IMG/VR virus record: IMGVR_UViG_3300027509_000001
Coordinates: 128,001-188,518 of that record
DNA from: a virus
Lineage: Duplodnaviria; Heunggongvirae; Uroviricota; Caudoviricetes
Strand: one strand, 5' to 3'
DNA: 60,518 nucleotides
Part shown: one piece after another, positions 48,132-58,117 of the stretch
Layout: each line of letters opens with the position of its first letter
How positions within the stretch are numbered: position 1 is the stretch's first letter
Translations under genes and position numbers: made by a program
The notes under the pieces: generated by a model
Told to the model about the DNA's origin: nothing
Database searches by the model: none
The model's input: only the letters and a program-made list of their open reading frames with translations

Positions 48132-48552
48132 CTTCCAATATTATGTTAAAGACACAATGGCCTACAGCTTCTGACATTAAGTTTTCTAACCATGTTTCCT
48201 GTTCTTCAATTGATGTGTGAATTTGAGTCAAGCCGATATTGTCACTGTAAAAAAGTTGAGTATAAGGTCTTTTCATGACCTTATGTGGTATCAATTCAGT
48301 TTTGACAATTGCATACTTCTCAGGTAATTCGGATTCATCTATCTTAATCCAATTTTGTCCAATTTTACTTCCGTCGTCTTTATAAAGTCCCTCTTCAGTT
48401 ATTTTAGTTTCGCCGCAAAATCTATCCCACCAACTTGGATTATTGGGATATTTGTATTCATACCTCGTAACACCAAGCCACCATTTAGGTTTAACAAATT
48501 TGGTAGTCATTTCTATTTTAATAAGTGCCTTTAAATTATATAATGTTTTCAT
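48121..48552 (-). CDS. hypothetical protein
   Basis: ORF track; overlapping operon. Confidence 0.55.
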   Translation of the reverse strand: MKTLYNLKALIKIEMTTKFVKPKWWLGVTRYEYKYPNNPSWWDRFCGETKITEEGLYKDDGSKIGQNWIKIDESELPEKYAIVKTELIPHKVMKRPYTQLFYSDNIGLTQIHTSIEEQETWLENLMSEAVGHCVFNIILEDDN

Positions 48553-48887
48553 GCTAATTTTTGAAGTAATTCTCTAGATTGTTTAACTGATTCTTTTACA
48601 ATACGATGTTCTATAGTTCCTATATGTGGAGCTTGTGGATGGGTTATTCTTTTCTTATTATAATGGAAAAAATGATTCACGGCTTCTGTAATTAGGTTTA
48701 ATTCATCATCTTTCATGACTAATATATTATTACCTTTCCCTAATTCAGAAACTCTTCTTAATTTTCCCGCCCATTTTATAGCTTGATCCGAAGCTGGAAT
48801 TTCTTCTGTGTTACTAAACCCTTTGATTTCACCTCTTCGGTCATTTTCGGTGTTATCAACTACTATTTTATAAAAGATTTTATCCAT
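48549..48887 (-). CDS. hypothetical protein
   Basis: ORF track. Confidence 0.5.
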   Translation of the reverse strand: MDKIFYKIVVDNTENDRRGEIKGFSNTEEIPASDQAIKWAGKLRRVSELGKGNNILVMKDDELNLITEAVNHFFHYNKKRITHPQAPHIGTIEHRIVKESVKQSRELLQKLA

Positions 48888-49114
48888 AATAAAAATTTAT
48901 TTTGTTTATTTTTAGATCCATTAAATTTCACGCAATTTCCATATCTATTTTTAACAATTGTGGTATTCCCTTGATCGTCAATGTACAATACAAGCTCCTG
49001 AGTCAGGCATTTAGCCCATATATCTCCAGAAAAATTCTTCCAACTAATTGGGTTGGATTTTGTTTGTTTATTTAAATCGCTTTCAAATAAAATTAATGCT
49101 TCTGCGTTTATCAT
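48863..49114 (-). CDS. hypothetical protein
   Basis: ORF track. Confidence 0.5.
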   Translation of the reverse strand: MINAEALILFESDLNKQTKSNPISWKNFSGDIWAKCLTQELVLYIDDQGNTTIVKNRYGNCVKFNGSKNKQNKFLLWIKSFIK

Positions 49115-49125
49115 TGTGTATATTT

Positions 49126-49527
49126 TTAATGCCTAATTAATTTTTCTTGGTGAAATCCCGTATGTACATTTCTGTGCATTTCTACTATATGAGATATTGA
49201 AAATGCGTGCTCTGGTATTGGGTCAGCGTTTATTGTTGCTCTTGATAAATGGATAGCATACAAAACATCGTTTTCAAATTTGTAATTCATTTGATTGTCT
49301 ATACACTGCTTAATCAATTCAATGTCATAATCTAGGTCCAAGGCGTCGTTAACGACAGCAGCTAATTTTAATTCGTAGTCATCTGTGTCAGGGTTATAAT
49401 CTTCGTGTTGGTAGTAGTTGACTATTATCATTTTTTTGTTTTTTTTTATTCTTCTTCTTAATTCGTTAATCAAATCGGTGTCAGTTCCGTGATCCAATAA
49501 TCTAACGCCTATTAATCCTAAAACCAA
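49126..49527 (-). CDS. hypothetical protein (start uncertain)
   Basis: ORF track; homopolymer tracts near 49430-49450. Confidence 0.45.
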   Translation of the reverse strand: MVLGLIGVRLLDHGTDTDLINELRRRIKKNKKMIIVNYYQHEDYNPDTDDYELKLAAVVNDALDLDYDIELIKQCIDNQMNYKFENDVLYAIHLSRATINADPIPEHAFSISHIVEMHRNVHTGFHQEKLIRH

Positions 49528-50005
49528 AGATTTTAGAGATTCGATATCCGATATCCGATTTCCTAACTGGATCAGTTTCCTCTATATTTAATTTTTCTAG
49601 CAAATGGCCTTGTCGATGTCTAAGATCTCTTATTTGAGATTGTATTTTTATAAGTTCTTCCATTTTCATTTTTAAAAAGTTTCATAATTTTTTATGACAA
49701 TAAAAGAAATCATTGTCAATGTTAACGAGAAAAATGAAGCAATCATTAGGTAGAAATTGTTTGTAGCTACCGACTCTCCAATTAAGGATACAGATGTTAC
49801 TAACAATGTCATGAACACTCCGATTAATTCAGTTTTAGACATAAGATTTATTTTTTAACAAGTCCAGAAAATTCTAAGCCCAGTAGGCAATTTAGCTGTA
49901 AAGCTAGTTTCGGTTGATAATTTATGGGCTTCGTTTTCAGGATCCTTTCCTGCGTCGTACATAAATTGGGGGACAGTAAAATCCATCCCCCAAACTAATG
50001 TGAAA

Positions 50006-50434
50006 TTATAGGCGTACGCCAAAGCTAATGTTGAATCCAAATGTATCTACATTTCCAAAATTATAAGATACGGTAGGTTCGACAAAAAATGTATTGCCAA
50101 TAAAACTAGTAAGCCCAGTTGATAATTCGACTGAAGAATCTTCTTCTGTTCGAGTTGAAAAACCCCCTTGGACAAATACTTTGCCTTTAGTAGTTTCAAC
50201 AAAATATGCCCTAGCAAATAAATCTAGGTCAACAGTACTATCGATTCCAGTGAATCCCATTCCAACAAATACATTATCAGTTACACCAAAAGCCATATTT
50301 GGCTGCAAGGATAAATCAGACAATTCAGTGGAAGATAAATTAGATGTTACTCCTAATAAGAGGTCACCTTTTTCTTGAGAAAATGCTGTAAAGCATAAAC
50401 TCAAACATAATAGACTAAAAATAAACTTTTTCAT
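50006..50434 (-). CDS. small outer-membrane beta-barrel protein
   Basis: signal peptide ending AFS-Q; eight amphipathic strands; C-terminal SFGVRL. Confidence 0.75.
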   Translation of the reverse strand: MKKFIFSLLCLSLCFTAFSQEKGDLLLGVTSNLSSTELSDLSLQPNMAFGVTDNVFVGMGFTGIDSTVDLDLFARAYFVETTKGKVFVQGGFSTRTEEDSSVELSTGLTSFIGNTFFVEPTVSYNFGNVDTFGFNISFGVRL

Positions 50435-50499
50435 AGTTATTAAAGTTTTAATTATATCCTGAATATTCAGGCTGGTTTATTATAAATATCAAATTCTTT

Positions 50500-50787
50500 T
50501 CAATTCAATTGTTTATTATAAAAATCTTTTAATACATGCAATACCTCTATTCCTTCGCCTGATTCAAACATTAACATGTATTGGGCTTCAAATATCCATA
50601 AGTCCGTTAAGATCTCATCATTAGTAGCCACAGCTGACACTACCACTCTTTCAGTAGCAGTAAAAAATTCAAACGTTATTTGCCTAGGTCCTTTAATTGA
50701 AACCAAATACTTTGCTGGACATATTATGCCAAATAGATCAGAAAATAAATAATCGTAAAGGGAATTGTAGACTTCTAAATCGTTCAT
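50500..50787 (-). CDS. hypothetical protein
   Basis: ORF track. Confidence 0.5.
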   Translation of the reverse strand: MNDLEVYNSLYDYLFSDLFGIICPAKYLVSIKGPRQITFEFFTATERVVVSAVATNDEILTDLWIFEAQYMLMFESGEGIEVLHVLKDFYNKQLN

Positions 50788-50873
50788 TTTTATTGTGCGG
50801 CGAAGCCTTTTGCTTCATTAAATGATTCAAAATATACGGCGATGGTTTCTTTTGATTTCATTTTGACTTTCTG

Positions 50874-51230
50874 TTAACATGTTATAAATGATTTTATGTG
50901 TTCAATTGCCTCTAATCCTCTAGGAGTAAGACCCTGATCAGTCCAATTGGAATCTGTATCGTGCAATCTTTGAATTGCCGATATAAATTTAAATCCCATA
51001 TCTGTTAACCTAGTAGGTAATTCGTGAAATGTATGCGATAATGCAATTCCTTCAATTTTATTTGCCAATTCGTCCGAAATTTCATGTCCTATTGCGCACT
51101 TTTTTCCATTATCGTCTCGATATTTGCAGACAAATCCCCCCGTAGAACTAATATATCCAGCCCTATCTTTTGCAGTTTTAAATCTAAGCAATGTATTGTC
51201 TAATAATTCCTGTTTAGTATTTGATATCAT
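50874..51230 (-). CDS. hypothetical protein (C.Y..CAIG..QRLHD)
   Basis: ORF track. Confidence 0.55.
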   Translation of the reverse strand: MISNTKQELLDNTLLRFKTAKDRAGYISSTGGFVCKYRDDNGKKCAIGHEISDELANKIEGIALSHTFHELPTRLTDMGFKFISAIQRLHDTDSNWTDQGLTPRGLEAIEHIKSFITC

Positions 51231-51390
51231 TTATATATCTTTTGAATTTTATATAATGTTCCTGATCGCCTATTATAATTGTTCAGGGCTGTTAATGCTT
51301 CTTCTTCAGAATTAAATTTGAATGGACTTAAATGCCGAACCATTATCCATTCCTTTGTCATATCATAATATTCAATAACCCAAAATATTT

Positions 51391-51831
51391 TCATACCCAA
51401 TTATAATTTACATTATCTTCCTGCGGAAGTCTATTCTTATTCTCTTTAACTGCCTTTACCCAATTTGTAGCGAATTTAAATATTGCTTTAAGCATGGCCT
51501 TTTCGTTTTTTTGAGGTTTTCTAAAAGGCAATCTTACACCTTTAAGGGCATTGCGACTATTATCTTCTGGTAATATCCTAAAATATATTATTCTGCCGCC
51601 ATTTCCTCCAAAGTTTTGAGGAGACAAGGTTAAGTCTGCTTTATAAACGCCTAAAGACACAACTAATGGAAATTGTCCTCTTACCCCGTTAACCCGATAA
51701 TTACTAGCAGCCCATCTAATTTGCAAAAATGCAGAATTATAATGATCGACTACGATTGTATCATGTACTTCATTTGGAAGAATCTTTTTTAAACCTTCCA
51801 ATGTATTTTTAATTAAACTGTCAAAATCCAT
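51391..51831 (-). CDS. hypothetical protein
   Basis: ORF behind the promoter at 51866. Confidence 0.55.
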   Translation of the reverse strand: MDFDSLIKNTLEGLKKILPNEVHDTIVVDHYNSAFLQIRWAASNYRVNGVRGQFPLVVSLGVYKADLTLSPQNFGGNGGRIIYFRILPEDNSRNALKGVRLPFRKPQKNEKAMLKAIFKFATNWVKAVKENKNRLPQEDNVNYNWV

Positions 51832-51865
51832 ATTTAATATTTTTAATTGTTAAATAATTACATAA

Positions 51866-51911
51866 CAAATATACAAAATATTATTCAATTAAAATGTTAA
51901 GGAAATGTTAA
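51866..51911 (-). promoter_or_regulatory. promoter with TTAACA-N5-TTAACA-N21-TATATTTG
   Basis: read directly from sequence. Confidence 0.75.
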
Positions 51912-51915
51912 TAAA

Positions 51916-52191
51916 TTATTTTCCAAAATTAGTTAATATATCCATTAACTTCTTGTTCATAACCTTTTTCTTTTTAATTTTCTTTGCTTTGGCTTTATCT
52001 TTACCTTTTAATTGATTAGCTTTAAAGTAACATGTCTTCTTTCTTCGGTTTATTGTTATTTGGACTTCGTATACTTGAGTACCTTTTTCGTGACGCTTAT
52101 AATACGCTATAATCTTTCCCTTTTTATTTTTAAAAGTACCATGACGTATGAGCACAAATTGGTCTGGTTTATATTTGGGTTTCCACGCCAT
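51916..52191 (-). CDS. basic KOW/SH3-like protein
   Basis: VLIRHGTFKNKKGKI. Confidence 0.55.
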   Translation of the reverse strand: MAWKPKYKPDQFVLIRHGTFKNKKGKIIAYYKRHEKGTQVYEVQITINRRKKTCYFKANQLKGKDKAKAKKIKKKKVMNKKLMDILTNFGK

Positions 52192-52415
52192 TAATCTTTA
52201 ATATCAGTTAATTTGAAATTTTGCATTAATGGAGGACCATCACCTAGCCATATAGGACTATGAGGTTTAAGCCATTTTCTAATAACTTCTGCATCGTCAT
52301 TTATTGCCACTTTTCCAAAATTAATTATCACTTCTTTCCAATTAGCCACTAATTCTATTTCCTTTGGTTTCAAGTCTAATACTTTAGAATCTATTAATAT
52401 GTGTATTTGTGCCAT
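52191..52415 (-). CDS. hypothetical protein
   Basis: ORF track. Confidence 0.5.
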   Translation of the reverse strand: MAQIHILIDSKVLDLKPKEIELVANWKEVIINFGKVAINDDAEVIRKWLKPHSPIWLGDGPPLMQNFKLTDIKD

Positions 52416-52416
52416 T

Positions 52417-52611
52417 TTATAAATTTTTAAATTCAGTTCTTAAGACCCTGATACATTTATCAGTATTTTCCTTTGCAATGCTCAGTATTTTGTCCAGATC
52501 TGCATTCCGTTCACTGTTATTATAATACATAGATACGAAGTCAGAATATTCCTCAAGTTCTCTTATTTCTCGTTTTATATTAGTAGCTCTTTTAAATTTT
52601 TCGTCTGTCAT
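52417..52611 (-). CDS. hypothetical protein
   Basis: ORF; likely start MTDEKF. Confidence 0.45.
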   Translation of the reverse strand: MTDEKFKRATNIKREIRELEEYSDFVSMYYNNSERNADLDKILSIAKENTDKCIRVLRTEFKNL

Positions 52612-53428
52612 GCTTTTTAATTTCATTTTCAGTAAAATAATCATTAATTTGATGTGGGTCATTTAAATGAGTAACTAAATAAACTTGAATTTTATCATTT
52701 ATATGCGATTCAGTATATAAAATATCAGAATCTATCGGAAATTCATCCACTCGAGAAGCGATGGCATCGTCTTCGTTTAAATGATCCATGCCAGTTCGCG
52801 AAGGCTCACTGTGATTGATAATATATCCTGATTTCCAAATTGGAATGCGCAATCTTTCATCATCTCGTTTAACCCTGTATACTCCGCGAGGCAGCCTAGG
52901 CAGCAGATCAATGGTATTTTGACTATAATGACTTATTATATAGATAAAATCGTTGTCTGGGGCTTCTATATAACCGTAGCTAGTTTTTTTATAATATGCG
53001 CTAGGTAACTTAATTAAATTAGCTGACGGTAGATTATTTCCAAATCTCATATTGACGGAAATTTTAGTATAGCATTTAGCCGAGCAGCAGTGATGTTTAT
53101 ATATGGAACTTTCTTTGCCATAAATTCTAGCAATTTCGGATTTATCATGTACTTTGCCACAAAATAGACATGTCAATTCTTTAAATTTTATAATCCAAAT
53201 ATTAGAATTGAATTTGTTAGAAACTTTCTTAAGTATGGTACTAATTCCTTTATTATTTAAATATTTTAACAGGGCTTTAGTTGGTTTCTTGGTAGAATCC
53301 GCCATAGTATACACTTCTTTGGAAGATCCAAAATAACCTATTACATTTTTCCCCCACGAAGGGTGATTACGATGGACATTACAAGCCCATCCCCTTTCAC
53401 TTAATTCTGTTGCTAATTGATCTTGCAT
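52592..53428 (-). CDS. hypothetical protein with Zn-ribbon (CLFC..CCSAKC)
   Basis: ORF track. Confidence 0.55.
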   Translation of the reverse strand: MQDQLATELSERGWACNVHRNHPSWGKNVIGYFGSSKEVYTMADSTKKPTKALLKYLNNKGISTILKKVSNKFNSNIWIIKFKELTCLFCGKVHDKSEIARIYGKESSIYKHHCCSAKCYTKISVNMRFGNNLPSANLIKLPSAYYKKTSYGYIEAPDNDFIYIISHYSQNTIDLLPRLPRGVYRVKRDDERLRIPIWKSGYIINHSEPSRTGMDHLNEDDAIASRVDEFPIDSDILYTESHINDKIQVYLVTHLNDPHQINDYFTENEIKKHDRRKI

Positions 53429-53431
53429 ATT

Positions 53432-53689
53432 TTATAATGAATTTGATTTTATTGGTTTTAGACAGTAAAAGGGAACACACCAATCTCTATTTTTTATTGG
53501 GTCATGTACTAGTACATTATTATCTCCAAATTCCTTAAGGAATACTTCGCTTCCAATTAAATAATTCATTTGTTCATCGGACCAATACACATAATCGGAT
53601 TCGCACTTAAACATAACAATAACCTTATCATTAGGAACTAAGGAATGGGATTCTTGCCAAGCATTTTGATATGTTTTGTAGTTCTTCAT
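53432..53689 (-). CDS. hypothetical protein
   Basis: ORF track. Confidence 0.5.
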   Translation of the reverse strand: MKNYKTYQNAWQESHSLVPNDKVIVMFKCESDYVYWSDEQMNYLIGSEVFLKEFGDNNVLVHDPIKNRDWCVPFYCLKPIKSNSL

Positions 53690-53819
53690 GATAAATAATC
53701 TATTAGATCTGATTTTGTAATATAGAAAGTGTTTGAACTTTTTGAAGGTTTGGTAGTATATAGGTACTTCCCGTCCATAGATATCCAGCCTTCAATTAAA
53801 TGATGCGTATGCATCTCTT

Positions 53820-54020
53820 CTAATCTTTTTTGTAAATATTTTTTTGGTGGCATTTTATTAGATCGTTTTTAACTTCTTCATATGTTCTATTTACAATGCA
53901 TACACCTCCATGAATCGTAAAGATCGTGCTGGTGATGGAATGCCTTTCAAAATAGACTATGTTGTCAATATTAATGCAAATGTTTTTTCCTCCTACTTCG
54001 TATTCTATAAATTTGTACAT
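53820..54020 (-). CDS. small FlbD-like hypothetical protein
   Basis: INIDNIVYFE..VNRTYEEV. Confidence 0.5.
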   Translation of the reverse strand: MYKFIEYEVGGKNICINIDNIVYFERHSITSTIFTIHGGVCIVNRTYEEVKNDLIKCHQKNIYKKD

Positions 54021-54083
54021 AAATTATTTTTAAATTTAGTGTAAATATACAAATTATTTTTGACACTAAATGCTAACAAATTG

Positions 54084-54320
54084 TTAAAGGGATTTAACCT
54101 TACCTGATTTTAATCTTTCTTGCGAATATTCAACATGTAAATCTGGCATAACTTTTTTGGTATACTCTTTAGCTTTTAAAAATGATTCTGCGGGAATTTG
54201 CATGTATCCAGATGCCGACTTGTAAAAATAGTATCCTTCGTCAGTTTCTATCACTTCTATTAATGGCCTAGAAGGATAACTTTGTACGGTAAAAATTAAA
54301 TGAGTATTAATTATTTTCAT
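54084..54320 (-). CDS. hypothetical protein
   Basis: ORF track. Confidence 0.5.
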   Translation of the reverse strand: MKIINTHLIFTVQSYPSRPLIEVIETDEGYYFYKSASGYMQIPAESFLKAKEYTKKVMPDLHVEYSQERLKSGKVKSL

Positions 54321-54457
54321 TCTTCTTCTTTTTGAACTGCATCAATCTTATCAATTAAATAATCGGCATAATAAGCTAATGACGAAGCTCCAATGATAAT
54401 GCCAACAATTAGGCCTACGGCCAATCCTAAGTGAAATAAAGTTAGTGTCATATTTAG

Positions 54458-54847
54458 TTATTTTATTTTATTAATTACGGGATATTGCTTCATTAAATTA
54501 TATTTTAAGCAAATTAAATATTCATAACCATTATTACTAGCATTCCTAGAACCCCAGATGTTACCCAGGGAAATTCTCGAATCGATATCAAAATCTATTT
54601 GGTCTTCATATGCTACGTACCTTTTTAGATCGGTATTATCTTGATAATAAATTGTAGCTAGAATTACATTATAAGATTCGTTCCACTCTTCAAATTGAGA
54701 TTCTATTATTCTATGCTTTTCTGCTTTTTTGTCATGATGACAATCTTTGAGATTAATAGAATACCACGTAGTACAAATACAGAATAAGAGTGCAATTATT
54801 ATTAAATAATATAATTTAAATTTTAAATTGATTAAGATATTTTCCAT
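54458..54847 (-). CDS. membrane-anchored hypothetical protein
   Basis: N-terminal TM helix. Confidence 0.5.
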   Translation of the reverse strand: MENILINLKFKLYYLIIIALLFCICTTWYSINLKDCHHDKKAEKHRIIESQFEEWNESYNVILATIYYQDNTDLKRYVAYEDQIDFDIDSRISLGNIWGSRNASNNGYEYLICLKYNLMKQYPVINKIK

Positions 54848-55135
54848 TTATTTATGATTTTCGTAATATGAAATGAGATTTAAAATATATTCAATGCGAA
54901 CATTCCGATCTTCTTTTGCCCACCAATATGGTGTCCAATATCTAGTAATCGGTTTATGTTTTTTTAAAATAGGCATTATATTTAATTCAACTTGAGAATA
55001 TACTTTTAAGTAGTTAATGATACTGCATAATCCATATGATGTATTAAGATTATATAGATTAGCTTTATATAGGAAAACTAACAATGTCTTCAATTCTAGA
55101 ATAATCTGTCTTGTCGTTGTTTTCATTTTTACCAA
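54848..55135 (-). CDS. hypothetical protein
   Basis: GLC..YWW motif. Confidence 0.5.
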   Translation of the reverse strand: MVKMKTTTRQIILELKTLLVFLYKANLYNLNTSYGLCSIINYLKVYSQVELNIMPILKKHKPITRYWTPYWWAKEDRNVRIEYILNLISYYENHK

Positions 55136-55306
55136 GTTAAATCTGATTCTGGTTTTAATTGAACTATGGCACCCGACTGATCAAGTTCTATTTTAGCGTC
55201 AATTGTGCTCTTTCCTTTGGCGATTAAGTCTTTAAATATTAATGCATGAATATCCTTTGCACTATAAATTATTTTTGTAGATGTTATTATTTCCATTTTT
55301 CTTTTT

Positions 55307-55492
55307 TTAATTCATGTGACGTATAATGGTCGATTTACCATCATCATGATAAATAACGGACCGCAATATAGTCCCTAAGGGAAAATTTTTGAGATTGACA
55401 TGATCGAACTTAACGTCTTCAAATGGCAAATCTTTATACTTTTCAATTAAGTATGTTTTATCAATGTGAGTTATTTTTGACATATTATTCAT
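55307..55492 (-). CDS. hypothetical protein
   Basis: ORF track. Confidence 0.45.
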   Translation of the reverse strand: MNNMSKITHIDKTYLIEKYKDLPFEDVKFDHVNLKNFPLGTILRSVIYHDDGKSTIIRHMN

Positions 55493-55949
55493 TCATATGT
55501 ATATAATCATTAGCTAAATCAATTCCTTTCTCCAAGGCTTCTTCCTTAGTGTCATATTTTGCTTTACGTTCTAATGAGTGTGCCCAATAACCAGTTTCGT
55601 TTGGCTGATATGCCGTAATCTCTATTCCCGATTCCTTCTTTATTGCATCTATTTTTTGCTGTATAACGTCAGCTTCATAGGCACAGTCAGTGTCAAATGT
55701 ACGTTTAAGATCCAATAACATATATTTATCATTTACATACTGCATTAATACCAAGCGACACATATTATAATCCGCAGTGACTCCAATTGTTTTCCCACTT
55801 GATTTATCCCAAGGCAAAACTTGATACTTGACCATTATAGCGTCGAAGGCGGCGAAAATTTCCTTAAACGTAGTTTCTTCAGTAATTCCAATTGAGTATA
55901 TGTCTTTGTATATACTCGCCATATGTTTGTTTGCTGCTGATTGTATCAT
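55485..55949 (-). CDS. hypothetical protein
   Basis: ORF track. Confidence 0.55.
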   Translation of the reverse strand: MIQSAANKHMASIYKDIYSIGITEETTFKEIFAAFDAIMVKYQVLPWDKSSGKTIGVTADYNMCRLVLMQYVNDKYMLLDLKRTFDTDCAYEADVIQQKIDAIKKESGIEITAYQPNETGYWAHSLERKAKYDTKEEALEKGIDLANDYIHMNE

Positions 55950-55952
55950 AAG

Positions 55953-56258
55953 TTATGGTTTTAAAGTAAATGAATATCCTACCCAAGGCAAATTAACTAT
56001 AAAGGTAGTACCCGGCGGGAATTTCCATTTTTTAGTAATTAATCTTTTAGCTGCCTTTAAGGAATAGACATCAGGCCTTCCATGGGACGTCATACTATAA
56101 TATGAAGTAGTAAGTCCAGCATAATTTTCGGGGTTTTTAATCCATTCTAGTGTTTCGGAATTAAACCAAAAACCCCCTTGAACAGGCTCTATCCACAAAG
56201 GCCTTATTTTACTCTTAAATATCCTTTGTTTTTTTGGTTTACTTGATGTGATCTTCAT
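55953..56258 (-). CDS. hypothetical protein
   Basis: ORF; likely start MKITSS. Confidence 0.5.
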   Translation of the reverse strand: MKITSSKPKKQRIFKSKIRPLWIEPVQGGFWFNSETLEWIKNPENYAGLTTSYYSMTSHGRPDVYSLKAAKRLITKKWKFPPGTTFIVNLPWVGYSFTLKP

Positions 56259-56454
56259 ATTTAAGAATTTGGGTTTTATTGAATTCGGTGTCGGCGGCGT
56301 AGGTATCAATATTACCACAACATGTACACGACTCAAACTCCAATTCGATAGTGTCATAGTCTTTTTCGTAAGTGCATACGCAATTCATATCAACTATCTC
56401 TAGACTATGGCAAGCGGCGCAGACTTTATGTTTAGTAAGTTCTTTCATTTTCAA
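56239..56454 (-). CDS. small Cys-rich Zn-binding protein
   Basis: CAAC..CVC..CTCC. Confidence 0.55.
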   Translation of the reverse strand: MKMKELTKHKVCAACHSLEIVDMNCVCTYEKDYDTIELEFESCTCCGNIDTYAADTEFNKTQILKYEDHIK

Positions 56455-56680
56455 TTTTATCGATTGTAGATTTAATTTTAAATTCGATTAAATCGTCTAT
56501 TTCAATCCATACTTTAGACAATTTAAACCATTGCAATGCTAGAGTACCAGCAAGATCTTTCATGCCGCGACCTTTACATTCCTTTATAGCTATATCTAAT
56601 TCATTCATCTTGTCATGAAATCTCTCTATTTGTTCAATATGAATATTTTTTGGTAACATCTTTTTTTTTGGTGGCGCCAA
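56432..56680 (-). CDS. hypothetical protein (start uncertain)
   Basis: ORF track. Confidence 0.45.
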   Translation of the reverse strand: MAPPKKKMLPKNIHIEQIERFHDKMNELDIAIKECKGRGMKDLAGTLALQWFKLSKVWIEIDDLIEFKIKSTIDKIENERTY

Positions 56681-56774
56681 TTTTTTTTCGTGGCTCCGAT
56701 AAAGAACAGCCTATAGATACCCGGAAAACCGGAAAAAGTCTCTATGTCATGACGTAATAGTGACGTACCCCTCT

Positions 56775-56824
56775 CTAACATTTCCTTAACAAAGCTTTAA
56801 CAAAACATTAACACCACGTTAAAA
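56775..56824 (+). repeat. five TTAACA-like hexamers at 11-bp period
   Basis: ctaaca 56775, ttaaca 56786/56797/56808, ttaaaa 56819. Confidence 0.85.
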
Positions 56825-57166
56825 TTATGTTAAAATCTTACGAATCTCATTAACCATCTCAATTGCAATTTCTTCGTGAATAGGTTCGTTTACTAAATCA
56901 GTTAAATCTGCTTTTCTCGAGCTCAAGGTCTTCTGATATAATTCATCGATCGTATCATCGTTAATCAGATCGTTTAATTCTCTAATTGCGTCTCTTATTG
57001 GCATTCCTTCAGTTACTAAATCTTGTAATTCTTTGAAAGAACCTTTTATATCTTCAACTACCTCTAGAGTTACCTTTTCGCGAATTAACTCAATTAGCTT
57101 ATTTTCCTCTTTTTCTACTAATCCGGGATTATCTCGTTTTCTTTGATCTATCGTCGGTTTATCCAT
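56825..57166 (-). CDS. acidic helical hypothetical protein
   Basis: ORF behind the promoter at 57191. Confidence 0.55.
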   Translation of the reverse strand: MDKPTIDQRKRDNPGLVEKEENKLIELIREKVTLEVVEDIKGSFKELQDLVTEGMPIRDAIRELNDLINDDTIDELYQKTLSSRKADLTDLVNEPIHEEIAIEMVNEIRKILT

Positions 57167-57854
57167 AAGTATTGCTTTTTTAATTATACTGCAATATACG
57201 TATAATATCTGACTTAGTATGTTAAGGAACTGTTAAAAAATTTACAATGTATTAAAGAATGATGCGGCAGTTATTATATTGTTACTACCGAATTTTTTAT
57301 TTGTTTTCATAAAGTCTTTAAAATCATGACGTTTATTGTTATGCCTTGGTTGCCCATTGCTTCTATGAACTCATTTCGACATGAAAAACATATATATCCG
57401 ACGTCATCAATATACTTTTGGCACATTATGTGATCACATCCTTTTCTACTGCATGGCATTACTCCCATATTATTCTATTAATTCACTTAGTCTAATAATT
57501 AATCTGGCCAATGGTTGGACTTTACTATAATCCCCATTTGTTATTGCAATTCGCAATTCAGATCTTTTCTGTTCTAACTTGATTTGCTCTGCTGTCATAG
57601 TTAAAGAATCTTTATCATTTGGCTTGTTAAAAACATTATTGCCTGCTGGCGTATCCCGAATTCTCTAGTTAATACGTTTACTGGAAATTTCTGAAAGTTC
57701 CTACATCCATATGCCATTTTACTAGCATCAAACACCCTAGTCCTACCAGCAATAGTACCATTAGAATTTGCGAATGATTCAATGACCGTGGCTAGCTCTT
57801 CTAGCGTTGTGGTCTTATTAACTGCATCATATTTTTCTTCTCTAGTTATATTAT

Positions 57855-58040
57855 TTATTTTTCTCTTTCAACGAATTTATATTCTTCACCAATCTTATCT
57901 TCAAAAACAGAAGCTTCACAAACAATAATCATATTGCCTTCATCAGCGAATTCTAAAATTTGATCCATCTCATCTTCTTTTTCTGACTCGTCTAATTCAA
58001 CTGCATACCATTTACTTCCAAAGTTTGCAAATCTTAACAT
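57855..58040 (-). CDS. acidic hypothetical protein
   Basis: ORF behind the promoter at 58074. Confidence 0.5.
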   Translation of the reverse strand: MLRFANFGSKWYAVELDESEKEDEMDQILEFADEGNMIIVCEASVFEDKIGEEYKFVEREK

Positions 58041-58117
58041 AATTCTTAATTGTATTTATAAATTTAATTGCAATGTAAATATAAGCATTTTATCTGATAA
58101 CAACTGTTAAGGATATG

